64,000 nt of DNA from Gemmatimonadota bacterium (GTDB lineage: Bacteria > Gemmatimonadota > Gemmatimonadetes > Longimicrobiales > Gaopeijiaceae): positions 736,001 to 800,000 of the forward strand of contig JAXHMG010000003.1 in the NCBI GenBank assembly GCA_034521595.1, read 5' to 3'. This document shows positions 48,533 through 59,619 of the stretch, piece after piece. The notes under the pieces are model-generated. The model searched no databases. It was not told the origin of the DNA and was given only the letters and a program-made list of their open reading frames with translations. Position 1 is the first letter of the stretch. Each line of letters opens with the position of its first letter. The translations under genes were made by a program, and so were the position numbers.

Positions 48533-49177
48533 GTGCCGGGGAGCCCGCTTACCCTTCCGAACGTAATCACCCTGGCTCGGATCGCGGCCTGTCCGGTGAT
48601 CTTCTTTCTGGCGCTCTCGCCCGACACCGGTCTGCGGAGCTGGGCCTTCGTGCTTTTCGTCGTCGCGGCCGTATCGGACATCTGGGACGGATATCTCGCT
48701 CGCCGGTACGGGCTCGTCACGAACATGGGGAAGCTGCTCGACCCGTTCGCCGACAAGTTGCTTCTCGTGGCGAGCTACGTGCCCATCTACATGGTGTCGC
48801 AGCGGGGGGGGACGCTCGACTCCCTTCCCTGGTGGGGGGCGATGCCTCTGTGGGTGATGGTCGTGATCTTCGGGCGGGAGGTCTTCATTACCCTCTTCCG
48901 GAGCTTCGCGGCGCGGCGGGGAGTCGTGATCGCGGCCGGCGCCGCTGGTAAGCGTAAGGCCCTCTTCCAGGCGATCTTCGCCGGTGCCGCTTTGCTCTGG
49001 TACCCGTTGCGGGCGTTCGGGGCCGAGCGCGGCTTCGACAGCGCGATCTGGGACGCCTGGTTCGCCTTTCACGGCGCCGTTGTCGCCATCTCGCTGGGGA
49101 TCGCCGTCGTGCTGACGGTCTATTCCCTCATCGATTATCTCTGGTCGTACCGCACGCTCGTGGGAATCCGGGACTGA
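48533..49177 (+). CDS. pgsA: CDP-alcohol phosphatidyltransferase (PgsA-like)
   Basis: LPNVITLAR, SDIWDGYLAR..GKLLDPFADK. Confidence 0.88.
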   Translation: MPGSPLTLPNVITLARIAACPVIFFLALSPDTGLRSWAFVLFVVAAVSDIWDGYLARRYGLVTNMGKLLDPFADKLLLVASYVPIYMVSQRGGTLDSLPWWGAMPLWVMVVIFGREVFITLFRSFAARRGVVIAAGAAGKRKALFQAIFAGAALLWYPLRAFGAERGFDSAIWDAWFAFHGAVVAISLGIAVVLTVYSLIDYLWSYRTLVGIRD

Positions 49178-49188
49178 CGCGCCTGGCC

Positions 49189-50481
49189 ATGACGGATCAT
49201 ACCTCGACCGACCCCGGCCAACCGTCCGCCGCGATCGTCACGGTCGGCGACGAGCTCTTGTACGGAGAAACGGTCGATACGAATGGCGCATGGCTGGGGC
49301 GGGAGTTGACGAGCCTCGGCTTCGCGGTGATCAAGCGGTATGCCGTGAGCGATGACGATGCGGCGATTCGAACCACCGTCGGGTCGGCGATGGGTGAGGC
49401 GGAAATCGTGTTGGTCACTGGTGGCCTGGGTCCGACGAGGGACGACATCACACGTGATGCGGTCGCCGGCCTGCTGGCTCTCGATGTGCACGAAGATCCG
49501 GAGCTGCGGACGGCGTTGGAGCAGTGGTTCCGCGCGTACGGATACGACCGTTTGCCCGAACCCAATCGGAGCCAGGCCCGAGTTCCCGACGGGGCACGGA
49601 TCCTGCCGAACCGTCATGGAACCGCTCCCGGACTGGCCCTCGAGCGGGACGGAGGGCTGGTCGTGCTCCTCCCCGGCGTGCCACGGGAGATGAAAGGGAT
49701 CTTCGAGGAGGTGATCCGGCCGCTCGTGCGTTCACGTTTCGGGAATCGCCTCGTGCCATACCACCACCGGGTCCTGCATACCTCGGGGGTCCCGGAGTCG
49801 CGCCTCGCCGAGCTGGTGGACGAGGCCCTCCCGAGCGACCTCGAGGGGGTACGCGTCGCGTTTCTGCCGGATCCGCTCGGAGTCGATCTGCGCTTGACCT
49901 CCCAAGGGAGTCCGGAGGACGCCGAGCGTCGGCTCGACGCCGTGGAGGCGATCCTCGCCCCCGTCATCGAGCCGTGGCATTTCGAGGGAGCGCTCGGAGA
50001 TCTGGCCGAGGCCGTCGTGGGAAGCCTGCGAGCGGGCTCGGCCACGCTCGCCGTGGCGGAGAGCTGTACCGGAGGGCTCATGGCGCACAGGATCACGAGC
50101 TTCGCCGGTGTGTCGGACGTATTCCTCGGGGGCGTCGTCACCTACGCGAATCGGGCGAAGGTGTCGCTGTGTGGCGTGTCCCCGGAAGACCTCGAAAGAC
50201 ACGGGGCCGTCTCGGAGGCGGTCGCGCGCGGGATGGCGCTGGGAGTTGCTCGTGCCCTGGGCGCGGACTACGGCGTCGGGATCACCGGCGTGGCCGGACC
50301 GACCGGGGGCACCGAGGAGAAGCCCGTTGGCACGGTGTGGACGGCGATCGCGAGCCGCGGCGACGTCGTGGCCCGGCGCCGACGTTTTCCGGGAGATCGG
50401 CACGACGTCCAGGCCCGCGCTGTGCAGGATGCGTTCCGGCTCCTACGGGACCGAATTCGTGGGCTCGGGAACGGGAACTGA
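49189..50481 (+). CDS. cinA: Competence/damage-inducible protein CinA (MoCF-biosynth plus PncC domains)
   Basis: VGDELL.G..DTN, TGGLGPT.DD, LPGVPREM, AESCTGG, GITGVAGP.GG..KPVG. Confidence 0.95.
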   Translation: MTDHTSTDPGQPSAAIVTVGDELLYGETVDTNGAWLGRELTSLGFAVIKRYAVSDDDAAIRTTVGSAMGEAEIVLVTGGLGPTRDDITRDAVAGLLALDVHEDPELRTALEQWFRAYGYDRLPEPNRSQARVPDGARILPNRHGTAPGLALERDGGLVVLLPGVPREMKGIFEEVIRPLVRSRFGNRLVPYHHRVLHTSGVPESRLAELVDEALPSDLEGVRVAFLPDPLGVDLRLTSQGSPEDAERRLDAVEAILAPVIEPWHFEGALGDLAEAVVGSLRAGSATLAVAESCTGGLMAHRITSFAGVSDVFLGGVVTYANRAKVSLCGVSPEDLERHGAVSEAVARGMALGVARALGADYGVGITGVAGPTGGTEEKPVGTVWTAIASRGDVVARRRRFPGDRHDVQARAVQDAFRLLRDRIRGLGNGN

Positions 50482-50563
50482 ACCCGAATCGGGCTCGGTG
50501 GTATCTTTCACGACCGGGGCAGGGTTGTGCCTCCCCTCGTTGCGAACAACAAAGGCTTGAGGA

Positions 50564-51172
50564 ATGAAGGAACGTTCAAGGAAGCACGACCGACCCGAGG
50601 ACGCCGTGGAGGCGAGCGCGAGCGACGAGCTGCCGGAGGGCGAGGTTCGGAGCGAGCGGGAAGAAGGCGCCAGGGTCGAAACGGAGACGGAAGGGGCCGA
50701 AGAAGAAGGCGATGAAGACGAGCTGACCACGCTTCGGGCCGAGTTCGACGAGCTGAACGATCGCCACCTGAGACTCGCGGCCGAGTTCAACAACTTCCGC
50801 CGCAGAAGCGAGCAGGAGCGGCAGGAATCCTGGTCCCGAGCCCAAGCAGACCTCCTCGCGCAACTTCTCGACGTGCTCGATGACCTACAACGAGTGGCCG
50901 GGCTCGATGCTTCGAGCACGACCGTCGAATCGGTCGTCGAGGGTGTGGACTTGGTCGAGCGCAAGTTCGGCCGCGTGCTGGAGGACGCCGGCGTGGAGAT
51001 CATCGATCCGCAGGAGGAGTTGTTCGATCCGGAGCGCATGGAGGCGATCATGCGGGTTCCAGCCGAGTCCGACGAGATGGACGACCACGTCGCGGAAGTC
51101 TTTCAGAAGGGTTATGCGCTGAAGGGAGTGCTCGTGCGCCCCGCTCGGGTCAGCGTATACAAACACGGTTGA
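50564..51172 (+). CDS. grpE: Nucleotide exchange factor GrpE
   Basis: [30 protein letters not shown]. Confidence 0.95.
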   Translation: MKERSRKHDRPEDAVEASASDELPEGEVRSEREEGARVETETEGAEEEGDEDELTTLRAEFDELNDRHLRLAAEFNNFRRRSEQERQESWSRAQADLLAQLLDVLDDLQRVAGLDASSTTVESVVEGVDLVERKFGRVLEDAGVEIIDPQEELFDPERMEAIMRVPAESDEMDDHVAEVFQKGYALKGVLVRPARVSVYKHG

Positions 51173-51179
51173 GGCGAGT

Positions 51180-52310
51180 ATGGCCGGGCAGAGCAAAGAC
51201 TTCTACAAGATTCTCGGGGTCGACGAGAAGGCATCCCAGGACGAGATCAAGAAGGCTTACCGGAAGCTGGCGAAGAGCCATCACCCGGATGCGAATCCTG
51301 GTGATGCTCAGGCGGCCGAGCGGTTCAAGGAGATCGGTGAGGCCTACGCCGTTCTGCGGGACCCGGAGAAGCGCAAGCAGTACGACGAGATGCGCAGGCT
51401 CGGGGCTTTCAGCGGTGGAGCCCGTGGGGCGCCCGGCGGAGCGTCACAGCCGAGGGCTGGGGCGGATGAAAGCTTCTCTTTCGAAGACCTCGGGGGTGGT
51501 TTCGGCAATATCTCCGACCTCTTCAGCTCGCTCTTCGATATGGGGGAACGCCGGGGTGGTGCTCGGGGCCCGCGAACGGCCGGCCGGGAACGAGGTCAGG
51601 ATGTCGAGTACGTGGTCGAGATCCCGTTTCTCACCGCGGTGCGTGGTGGAAAGGTTTCGGTCGATGTCGGCATCACCGAGGAGTGCGCGACCTGTGGGGG
51701 CGACGGAGCCCAACCAGGGACCGGCCGACGTCGGTGTGGAGAGTGTGGGGGTAGCGGAACCGTTTCGTTCGGTCAGGGGGGCTTCGCGGTAAATCGTCCT
51801 TGCCCCGCATGCTTCGGAAGAGGCCAGATTCCGGAGTCACCTTGCCCGTCGTGCAAGGGGCGGGGAAGTGTCCGTCAGCGTCGCACGATCCAGATCACCG
51901 TGCCGGAGGGCGTCGATACGGGATCCAAGGTCCGGCTCTCGGGACAGGGAGAGCGTGGCCGTGACGGCGGCCCACCCGGAGACCTGATCGTCTCGTTCAA
52001 GGTTCAGCCGCACCGGTTCTTTCGGCGCGAGGGCCTGGACATCCACGTGACCGTTCCCATCAACGTCGTGCAGGCGACGCTAGGGTCGAAGCTCCGAGTC
52101 CGAACCGTCAGCGGGAAGAAGGTCGTGCTCCGGATTCCTCCGGGCACACAACCGGGTACGAAGTTCCGCATTCCGGGTCAGGGCGTGCGTAAGGGCGACC
52201 GCGTGGGCGACCAATTGGTCGAAGTGACGGTGTCCGTGCCCGACGAGCTGTCCGAAGAGGAGCAAGAGGCGATGGAGAACTTTGCGGAAACCACCGGGCT
52301 CAAGCACTGA
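51180..52310 (+). CDS. dnaJ: Chaperone DnaJ
   Basis: J-domain HPD, G/F region, four CxxCxGxG repeats. Confidence 0.96.
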   Translation: MAGQSKDFYKILGVDEKASQDEIKKAYRKLAKSHHPDANPGDAQAAERFKEIGEAYAVLRDPEKRKQYDEMRRLGAFSGGARGAPGGASQPRAGADESFSFEDLGGGFGNISDLFSSLFDMGERRGGARGPRTAGRERGQDVEYVVEIPFLTAVRGGKVSVDVGITEECATCGGDGAQPGTGRRRCGECGGSGTVSFGQGGFAVNRPCPACFGRGQIPESPCPSCKGRGSVRQRRTIQITVPEGVDTGSKVRLSGQGERGRDGGPPGDLIVSFKVQPHRFFRREGLDIHVTVPINVVQATLGSKLRVRTVSGKKVVLRIPPGTQPGTKFRIPGQGVRKGDRVGDQLVEVTVSVPDELSEEEQEAMENFAETTGLKH

Positions 52311-53409
52311 GGTGCCCGGGAGTCAGCGCCGCACCGACCTCCGCTTTCACGATCCGGCCTCCTCCCAAGACCCGATCTCCGTCGAACACGACGGCGGACT
52401 GTCCCGGAGTGATCGCCCGGTAGGGCTCGTCGAGGGCGAGCACGAGTCGGTCCTCGCATGTGACGACCGTGGCTGAAACCGCGGGGGCGCGGTAACGCAT
52501 TTGCACCGCCACGCGGTCGCCGGGCGTCGGTGCGTTCGTGAGCCAGTTCAACTCACCGACGTGCACATGATCCCTGTGCAGCTCGTCTCGCGTTCCGACC
52601 ACCACCTCTCTGGATTCGGGGCGAACCTCGAGCACGAACAGAGGCTCGTCAAAGCCACCTCCGAGGCCGCGTCGTTGCCCGACCGTGAATCCGGCGTACC
52701 CGTCGTGCTCGCCCACCACCGTGCCGTCCACCCGCACGATGGGGCCACGCTGCAGCGCCGGGTGGAGGTCGGGGAGCTTTTTCGACAGGAGATCCCGGTA
52801 GTTCCCGGTCGGCACGAAGCAGATCTCCTGGGATTCCGGCTTCTCCGCGGTTGCGAGCTCGAGCTGGCGGGCGCGATCACGGACCTCGTCCTTCGTCAGC
52901 TCCCCCAAGGGAAAGAGAAGACGCGGAAGCATGTCCCGCGGGAGCCCCCAGAGGAAGTACGATTGATCCTTATCGGTGTCTCGTCCGCGGAGGAGCGACG
53001 ATTCCCGCTGGCCGTGATCGATCCGGACGTAATGCCCGGAAGCGATCTGGTCGCATCCCAGTGCCTCACCCCGCTCGAGCAGGTCTCGAAACTTGGTGTT
53101 GCTGTTGCAGCGAACGCAGGGATTCGGCGTCCGCCCGTGAGCGTATTCATCGACGAAGTCGTCGATCACGTCCCGGGTGAAGTCCTCCTCGACGTCGAAG
53201 ACGTAGTGCGGAGTTCCCAACGCGGTCGCGACCCTGCGTGCATCGACGATCCCGTCCAGGCCACAGCAGGTCTTTCCGGAGTCGGGCGTCTCCGAATAGC
53301 AGAACGTCTTCATGGTGACCCCGACCACCTCGTGTCCGGCTTCCACGAGGAGCGCTGCGGCGACCGACGAGTCGACGCCGCCGGACATCGCGACGAGTAC
53401 CCGGCTCAT
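52300..53409 (-). CDS. mnmA: tRNA 2-thiouridine(34) synthase
   Basis: [48 protein letters not shown]. Confidence 0.97.
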   Translation of the reverse strand: MSRVLVAMSGGVDSSVAAALLVEAGHEVVGVTMKTFCYSETPDSGKTCCGLDGIVDARRVATALGTPHYVFDVEEDFTRDVIDDFVDEYAHGRTPNPCVRCNSNTKFRDLLERGEALGCDQIASGHYVRIDHGQRESSLLRGRDTDKDQSYFLWGLPRDMLPRLLFPLGELTKDEVRDRARQLELATAEKPESQEICFVPTGNYRDLLSKKLPDLHPALQRGPIVRVDGTVVGEHDGYAGFTVGQRRGLGGGFDEPLFVLEVRPESREVVVGTRDELHRDHVHVGELNWLTNAPTPGDRVAVQMRYRAPAVSATVVTCEDRLVLALDEPYRAITPGQSAVVFDGDRVLGGGRIVKAEVGAALTPGHLSA

Positions 53410-54560
53410 GCGGTATCCCTGAGCCGCCGAACCACATCCACGGTGGTGTCGACGGCCTGCCGTATCCCGTCGTCGTCACTCAACCGTCCGAGCGAATAGC
53501 GCACATGCGCTCGCGTCGATCCGGGTCCGTAGAGCGCTTCGATGACGTGACTCCCTCGGCTACTTCCGCTCTGACACGCGGATGCGCCCGAGACGGCGAT
53601 TCCTTCGAGGTCCAGATTGATCAATAGCATGCTGGTATCGACCCCTTCGAAGCCGATGTTCGCGACGTGAGGTGCGCGGACGGCCTCGTCGCCAGCCACG
53701 ACGACGCCGTCCAACTCGGAGGTGAGTCGACGCTCCAGGAGGGTACGCAGCTCCGACAGCCGCTCGGCCTCCCGGGTTCGCTCTTCCACCGCCAAACGTA
53801 GCGCGGTGGCGAGCCCGACCGCGCCGCCCACGTCTTCCGTCCCGGGCCGGAGCCTGCGTTCTTGCCCTCCTCCGTACAGGAGGGGCGTCAGCGCAGTGCC
53901 TCCTCGGACGAATAACAGCCCCGTGCCCTTGGGGCCATAGATCTTGTGTCCGGAGACGGTCAGCAGGTCGATGCCGTCGAGTCGCGAGAGATCGACGTCC
54001 AGCTTTCCGACGGCCTGCACCGCATCGGTGTGGAAGATCACGTCGGTGTCCCGCGTAAGCTCCGAAAGCGCTTCGACGGGAAGCACGATGCCGGTTTCGT
54101 TGTTGACCCACATACACGAGAGGACCGCCGGATCGGGTCCCAGGGCGCTGCCGAGCGCGTCCAGATCGACCGAGCCGTCCGGACGCACGGGAAAGACGTT
54201 CAGCCGGGCGCTGCCGGTGTCCGCCAGGTGCTCCGCCAGATGCAGGACCGCGTGGTGCTCGATAGCGCTCACCCACAAGGACGCGGGACCGGCGGTTTCC
54301 CGGGTGGCGTGACATGCGCCGCCCAGAGCGAGATTGTCTCCTTCGGTTCCGCCCCGCACGAAACAGATTTCACCGTTACGGACTCCGAGCGCCGCCGCCG
54401 CTTCGGCCCGTGCGTCTTCGAGGGCGGCCGAGGCTTCGCGGCCCCACCGATGTTGGCTGGACGGATTCCCGAAGTTCTCTTCGGCGAACGGGATCATCGC
54501 CTCCTGTACTTCGGGGCGCACCGGCGTGGTTGCGGCGTGGTCGAGATACACGGGGTTCAT
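53406..54560 (-). CDS. iscS: Cysteine desulfurase (IscS/NifS family)
   Basis: YLDHAATTP, GNPSS, VNNETG, HTDAVQ, SGHKIYGPKG, SGASACQSG. Confidence 0.93.
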   Translation of the reverse strand: MNPVYLDHAATTPVRPEVQEAMIPFAEENFGNPSSQHRWGREASAALEDARAEAAAALGVRNGEICFVRGGTEGDNLALGGACHATRETAGPASLWVSAIEHHAVLHLAEHLADTGSARLNVFPVRPDGSVDLDALGSALGPDPAVLSCMWVNNETGIVLPVEALSELTRDTDVIFHTDAVQAVGKLDVDLSRLDGIDLLTVSGHKIYGPKGTGLLFVRGGTALTPLLYGGGQERRLRPGTEDVGGAVGLATALRLAVEERTREAERLSELRTLLERRLTSELDGVVVAGDEAVRAPHVANIGFEGVDTSMLLINLDLEGIAVSGASACQSGSSRGSHVIEALYGPGSTRAHVRYSLGRLSDDDGIRQAVDTTVDVVRRLRDTA

Positions 54561-54618
54561 GAATCGGGCTCTGGTGCGTTGGCTCGGGGTTCGACGGAAA
54601 GTAACTTAACGGCGACGG

Positions 54619-55017
54619 GTGGGCCTGCCGTGCCCCCGCTCCGACCGCTCCGTTCAGCGAGGCAGCTTCATCGAGTCGCAAGCGAGTCATCCGTCGTTCC
54701 CGGAAGGACGGCCCCGGTGTTTCCGGGCTACGGTTCACGGTACGGTTTTCGGCGATCGGGAGCGGCACTTCCATACCCTGAAGGCGGGCGACTCGGTCCG
54801 GCTGGTGCCCGATCCTCCGGTGCAGGATCACCCCGAGGTATGGGTGCACCTGCCCTCCGGTGAGCCGGTGGGACATCTTCCCCCCGATATCGCCGACTGG
54901 CTCTGGCCGTGGATGGCGTATGGAGGGGCGGCCGAAGCGCGCGCGGTTCGCGTCGAAGGTCCCGACGCTCCGTCGTGGCGCCGGCTCTTGGTGGAAGTGT
55001 CCTGTCGGGACTCGTAG
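54619..55017 (+). CDS. Stand-alone HIRAN-like domain protein
   Basis: FRATVHGTVF..R...LKAGDSVRLVPDP...VWVH..GEPVGHLP; start uncertain. Confidence 0.65.
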   Translation: MGLPCPRSDRSVQRGSFIESQASHPSFPEGRPRCFRATVHGTVFGDRERHFHTLKAGDSVRLVPDPPVQDHPEVWVHLPSGEPVGHLPPDIADWLWPWMAYGGAAEARAVRVEGPDAPSWRRLLVEVSCRDS

Positions 55018-55081
55018 TCGCCCGTCCATCCGCGGTGCTGCCCGACGAAGGCTACCGGAGTGCCGCCCCGGTGCTGCTCGA

Positions 55082-55807
55082 TCAGAACGTGGCGACCGCG
55101 AGGTCGGACAGATCGTCGACCCGGAGCGCCTCGTCCGTCGTGAACGGCTCACCGAAAGGCACCCGGATCAACGACCCGTAGTGCGCGAGGTGCGCGCGGA
55201 TCTGTTCGAAGAGCGGGCGGTCTCCGCCCGGATAGACTTCACCGATGCCGCTCACCCCCTCGAACTGGGAGCGATACGCGGAGAGTGCTTCGAATTTCCG
55301 GTCCACGTGCTCGGTGATATCCACGACGAAGTCCGGTGGAGGCGCGTCTTCGCGGTAGGCCGTGGCGTACACGAGCTTGTGGGGTCGGAAGGGGGCTCCC
55401 TCGACGTCCAGCTTCCGCAGGCCGCTCAGGAAGCTGGCGTCCCTGACCAACTCCGCGGCGATCCTGTGGTCACGATGCCGTCCGGCCTTCCAGTGGGTCA
55501 CGACGATGGACGGGCGGAGTGCTCTCAAGTGCTGGGCTACGACGTGGCGCGATTCGCTGTCGTTTTCGAGTCCCGAGTCGGGGAGCATCGCACAGTGGCG
55601 CTCGACCACACCCAGGATCCGGGCCGCTTCCGCCGCCTCTGCGGCTCTCTCCTCCGGGGTGCCCGAGCTCCCCATCTCGCCGGCCGTGAGGTCGAGAATT
55701 CCGACCCGGCGTCCGAGCGCCGCACACTTGCTCAGGGTGCCGCCGCAGAGAAGCTCCGCGTCGTCGGGATGGGCCATGATGGCCAGGATGTCCAGCGGGT
55801 TCGTCAT
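55082..55807 (-). CDS. bshB1: Bacillithiol biosynthesis deacetylase BshB1 (PIG-L family)
   Basis: DILAIMAHPDDAELLCGGT, DLTAGEMGS.GT..R..EA, RHRDH, FVVDIT, AYRSQF, GEPF. Confidence 0.88.
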   Translation of the reverse strand: MTNPLDILAIMAHPDDAELLCGGTLSKCAALGRRVGILDLTAGEMGSSGTPEERAAEAAEAARILGVVERHCAMLPDSGLENDSESRHVVAQHLRALRPSIVVTHWKAGRHRDHRIAAELVRDASFLSGLRKLDVEGAPFRPHKLVYATAYREDAPPPDFVVDITEHVDRKFEALSAYRSQFEGVSGIGEVYPGGDRPLFEQIRAHLAHYGSLIRVPFGEPFTTDEALRVDDLSDLAVATF

Positions 55808-55811
55808 GGGG

Positions 55812-57107
55812 TCACTCGAATCTGAGGGCGTCGACCGGGTTCAATCGACTGGCGCGATAGGCCGGAAGGAGCCCGAAGAGCATACCGGTCACCACGGCCA
55901 TGGCCAAGGACGCGGCCACTGCCCAGATGGGTACCGCTGCCGGTATAGGGGTCCACGTCGCGACCGTCGCGGCCAGGGCCCATCCGCCGACCATACCCAC
56001 GGACGCCCCGGCGAGCGTCAGTAATGAGGCCTCGGCCAAGAACTGCCACAGGATGGCGCCTCGCGTGGCCCCCACCGCCTTCCGGATTCCGATCTCCCGT
56101 GTTCGTTCCGTGACGGAGATCAACATGATGCCGATCACCCCGATCCCTCCCACCAGGAGCCCGGCGGAAGCGAGCAGAAGAATCACGAGGAAGAACACTC
56201 CGGTCAAACGGTTGAACAGATCCAGGACCTGAGCCGATGCGAGCAGGGCGAAGTCGTTCTCTTCCCGTGGCCCGAGGCCCCTCATGCTCCGGAGTGAGGT
56301 GATCACTTCGTCCTGGGCCGGGCTCATTCCGACCGAGTCGTTCGGCACGACCAGCACCTGCGCTTGCCACCGTGATTGCCGGAGCCTGCGGTTCGCGGCC
56401 GTCCAAGGAAAGACCGCCCAGTACGGCGTCGCCGCCGTGAAGATGTTCTCTGCGGCCTCGAAGACGCCCAGGACCGCGAACGACTCCTGGTGTTGCCCGG
56501 AACCCGCCGACACCCTCACGAAGCGACCGATGGGGTTGCGTTGCCCGAAAAGCTCTCGGGCCAGATCCACCGACAGGACCACGACAGGGCGGTTCTGGTT
56601 GACCTCCGTCGGCGTGAAGTCCCGCCCGGCGACGAAATCGCCGGGCTGGTAGCGCGGCCAGCCGGACGAGTACGCCTGGGACGGAACCCCCTCGACCCGG
56701 TGTCCCTCGAAGGAGACGCTCGCGTTGAATGAGAAGTTGTAGAGCGCTTCATCGATGCTCGGGAGCGTCCCCAGCGTCCGGGCTTCCTCGGGCTCGATTT
56801 CCGGCGTGTTCCACCACGGTGGACGCCCGCTCCCGTCACTGGTCAGCCGGACTGCGGTGAAGTCGAAGCGGGTGACCATGAAATTGTTCGGGCCGGCCGA
56901 CTCGAAGGCTTCCATGACACTCGATCGGACTCCGGTGATGAGCGCGGCGATCGCCATGACGACCGCCACCCCGACCGCGACGCCGAGGACCGTGAGCGCG
57001 GAGCGGGTCCGATTGCTCACGATCGCGTCCCAAGCGATGCCGATACCGTCGGTCAGCCTGCTCGCGAAAGCAGACCGTCCGGAACGGGGGGAGCGCGCCT
57101 CATTCAT
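55812..57107 (-). CDS. MacB/FtsX-family ABC transporter permease
   Basis: RSALTVLGVAVGV, VGGIGVIGIMLISVTERTREIGIRKAVGA, PAYRASRLNPVDALRFE. Confidence 0.92.
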   Translation of the reverse strand: MNEARSPRSGRSAFASRLTDGIGIAWDAIVSNRTRSALTVLGVAVGVAVVMAIAALITGVRSSVMEAFESAGPNNFMVTRFDFTAVRLTSDGSGRPPWWNTPEIEPEEARTLGTLPSIDEALYNFSFNASVSFEGHRVEGVPSQAYSSGWPRYQPGDFVAGRDFTPTEVNQNRPVVVLSVDLARELFGQRNPIGRFVRVSAGSGQHQESFAVLGVFEAAENIFTAATPYWAVFPWTAANRRLRQSRWQAQVLVVPNDSVGMSPAQDEVITSLRSMRGLGPREENDFALLASAQVLDLFNRLTGVFFLVILLLASAGLLVGGIGVIGIMLISVTERTREIGIRKAVGATRGAILWQFLAEASLLTLAGASVGMVGGWALAATVATWTPIPAAVPIWAVAASLAMAVVTGMLFGLLPAYRASRLNPVDALRFE

Positions 57108-58341
57108 GCCGGAGCGCGTCCACCGGATCGAGGCGCGCGGCGCGCGAGGCCGGGTAGACTCCGGCGGCGATTCCGACCGAGACGCCCAGACCGATGCCGA
57201 GGGCGATCCAATGGGGGGCCACGGCGGCGGGAAGCGGAGATGCGCTCGCCACGAGGGCGGCGATCCCCAATCCGGCCCCGACCCCGAGCACCGCACCGAA
57301 CGCCGAGAGCGTCGTCGATTCGATGAGCACCTGGACCAGGATGTCTCTCCGGCGGGCGCCGAGCGCTTTGCGCAAGCCGATCTCCCTCGTCCGCTCCATC
57401 ACGGACACGAGCATGATGTTCATGATCACGATGCCCCCGACCACGAGCGAGATCGAGACGAGCATCGGGAGCGCGAGGAAGAGGATCCGGGAAATGTCGT
57501 CCCAGAAGCTGATCGCTTCATCGGCGGTTTCGAGGGCGAAGTCGGCTTCTTCGGTCGGGCGCAGGCCACGCCTGACGCGCATGATGCCCTCGACCTCGAG
57601 TTGGGCTTCCCGAAGCCGTGAAGGGTCGATGGTCTGGACGATGATCTCGTCGACGGCGCCTCTCGGATTCGTGATCGCCTGAATGGCTGAGCGCGCCGGA
57701 GCAATCGCGAGGTTGTCGAGCGACTGTCCAAACAGTGAGCCCCGCTCATCGAGCACTCCCACCACACGGTAGGGGAAGCCCCTGATGCGCACGCTGCGGT
57801 CAATGGGGTCGAGATCCTCGAAGATGACGTCGGCCGTCTCCCACCCGAGGACGATGACCGGTGTCCCGGCCTGTGCTTCCTGGGGGGTGAAAGCGCGCCC
57901 CCGTGCGAGCTCGAGGTTCCGGATCGCGAAGATCTCGGGTGAAGCCCCCGTAATGCGGACACCGGTGGCGGCGCGGCCGTTCTCTCCGACGGCATCCGCG
58001 CTCGTGCTGCTTTCGACGGCGACCCGGGACGGGACTGCGAGAGTCCGCCGGATGGCGTCGGCGTCCTCGTATCGGAGGCGGGGACGCCGGCGGCGTGCGC
58101 GCCATTCTTCGGCACTGGTATTGATGTTGACGCTCTCCCACCTACGGAGCGTCACCGTGTTGATTCCGAAGACCTGTGACGTGAAGTCTTCGCGCACGTA
58201 ACGATCGAGGCCCTCGACGACCGTGACGACCAGAATCAAGAACGTCACACCGAGGATGACGCCGAGGACGCTGAAAAAGCTCTTCAGCTTCTCGGTTCGA
58301 ATCTGGAGAAACGCCAGCGCTACGCCTTCCCGGAAGACCAT
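57100..58341 (-). CDS. MacB/FtsX-family ABC transporter permease
   Basis: VGGIVIMNIMLVSVMERTREIGLRKALGA, PASRAARLDPVDALRHE. Confidence 0.92.
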   Translation of the reverse strand: MVFREGVALAFLQIRTEKLKSFFSVLGVILGVTFLILVVTVVEGLDRYVREDFTSQVFGINTVTLRRWESVNINTSAEEWRARRRRPRLRYEDADAIRRTLAVPSRVAVESSTSADAVGENGRAATGVRITGASPEIFAIRNLELARGRAFTPQEAQAGTPVIVLGWETADVIFEDLDPIDRSVRIRGFPYRVVGVLDERGSLFGQSLDNLAIAPARSAIQAITNPRGAVDEIIVQTIDPSRLREAQLEVEGIMRVRRGLRPTEEADFALETADEAISFWDDISRILFLALPMLVSISLVVGGIVIMNIMLVSVMERTREIGLRKALGARRRDILVQVLIESTTLSAFGAVLGVGAGLGIAALVASASPLPAAVAPHWIALGIGLGVSVGIAAGVYPASRAARLDPVDALRHE

Positions 58342-58347
58342 CTCGAT

Positions 58348-59607
58348 CTATTCGTCGTCCGGAGGAAAGCCTTGCCCGTTCGTCCGCCGGATGGGGTCGT
58401 CGTGCTCGAGCGCGCGGATCGCCTGATACGGTCCGGCCACCACCGTGTCCCCCACCTCCACGCCGCTCGAGACCTCGAAGTGCTCCCGTCCTGCGATTCC
58501 GACTTCGACCGGGGTGAAGCGCGCCCTCGCGTCGGAGACCAGAAACACGCCCTCCACGTCTTCGCCGGGCGTGCTTTCGCCTTCACCTCCGCCTTCCGCG
58601 GTCCCGGCCGTCCCAGCCGGACGGACCGTCAGGGCGATGATCGGTATGGACACCGCGTCGCGACGCGTCGCGACGACGATGTCGGCCGTGGCCGACAGGT
58701 CGGGTCGGAGCGCGACCTCGGTTTCGTCCAGCGTCAGGACGACCTCGAAGTCGATCGCGGCTTCCTGGCCTCCGGTCTGTTGATCCGGTGGAGTGATCGC
58801 GGAGTTGCCGATCTCCGTAACGCTCCCGGTAAAGGTCCGATTCGGAAAAGCGTCGATGCGGATCGACGCGGTGTCACCGAGTGAGATTCGCGGCACGTCG
58901 GTTTCGTCCACGCGGATCACGGCCTCCATGACGGACAGGTCCGAAATGGTCAGAACGAGGCTGCCCGGGTTGTTCATCGTACCGATCATGACGGTCTCGC
59001 CTTCCTCCACGTTGAGTCGCGTGACGCGCCCGGTCATCGGTGCGGTGAATACCGTCTTGGAAAGGCGGTCCGCGGCTTCCTCGACGGCCGCTTCGGCCTG
59101 GGCGACCCCGTGTTGCGCCGACTCGAAGGTTGCCTGTGCCACCTCGACATTGGTGCGCGCGTCGTCGAGCTGTTGCGGGCTCACGAGCAGGGAGTCGCGC
59201 TGACGCATCCGCTCCAGCCGGTCCATGTCCCGTTCGGCCCGGATCAGGTTCGCGCGCTGTTGTGCCTCTTGCGAGCGTGCTTGAGCGAGTTGGGCCTCGG
59301 CGCTCGACAAAGCCGCACGATATTGATCCGGCTCGAGCCGGAGGAGGGTCTGCCCGGCGACGACGTCTTCACCCTCGCGGACCAGGAGCTCGGCCACCTT
59401 GGCTGAAACGTCCGAGCTCATGTCGACCGTGCGCCGGGCGCGGACATTGCCCGACGCCGTGACCAGCTCTACGAGGTCACGACGCTCCACGACCTCCGTG
59501 CGTACTTGGGCTCCCTGGTCACGGCTGCGCGCGACCGCTGTCGCGGCGATGGCGCCGCCCACCAGCATGACCACGCCCACGCCTACGACCTTAGAACGAC
59601 GCTGCAT
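58348..59607 (-). CDS. Efflux periplasmic adaptor subunit (MacA/HlyD-like)
   Basis: TASG.V, V.EGEDV..GQ.LL, helical hairpin, APMTGRV, VDETDV. Confidence 0.92.
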   Translation of the reverse strand: MQRRSKVVGVGVVMLVGGAIAATAVARSRDQGAQVRTEVVERRDLVELVTASGNVRARRTVDMSSDVSAKVAELLVREGEDVVAGQTLLRLEPDQYRAALSSAEAQLAQARSQEAQQRANLIRAERDMDRLERMRQRDSLLVSPQQLDDARTNVEVAQATFESAQHGVAQAEAAVEEAADRLSKTVFTAPMTGRVTRLNVEEGETVMIGTMNNPGSLVLTISDLSVMEAVIRVDETDVPRISLGDTASIRIDAFPNRTFTGSVTEIGNSAITPPDQQTGGQEAAIDFEVVLTLDETEVALRPDLSATADIVVATRRDAVSIPIIALTVRPAGTAGTAEGGGEGESTPGEDVEGVFLVSDARARFTPVEVGIAGREHFEVSSGVEVGDTVVAGPYQAIRALEHDDPIRRTNGQGFPPDDE

Positions 59608-59619
59608 GTCGAGCTCCCG

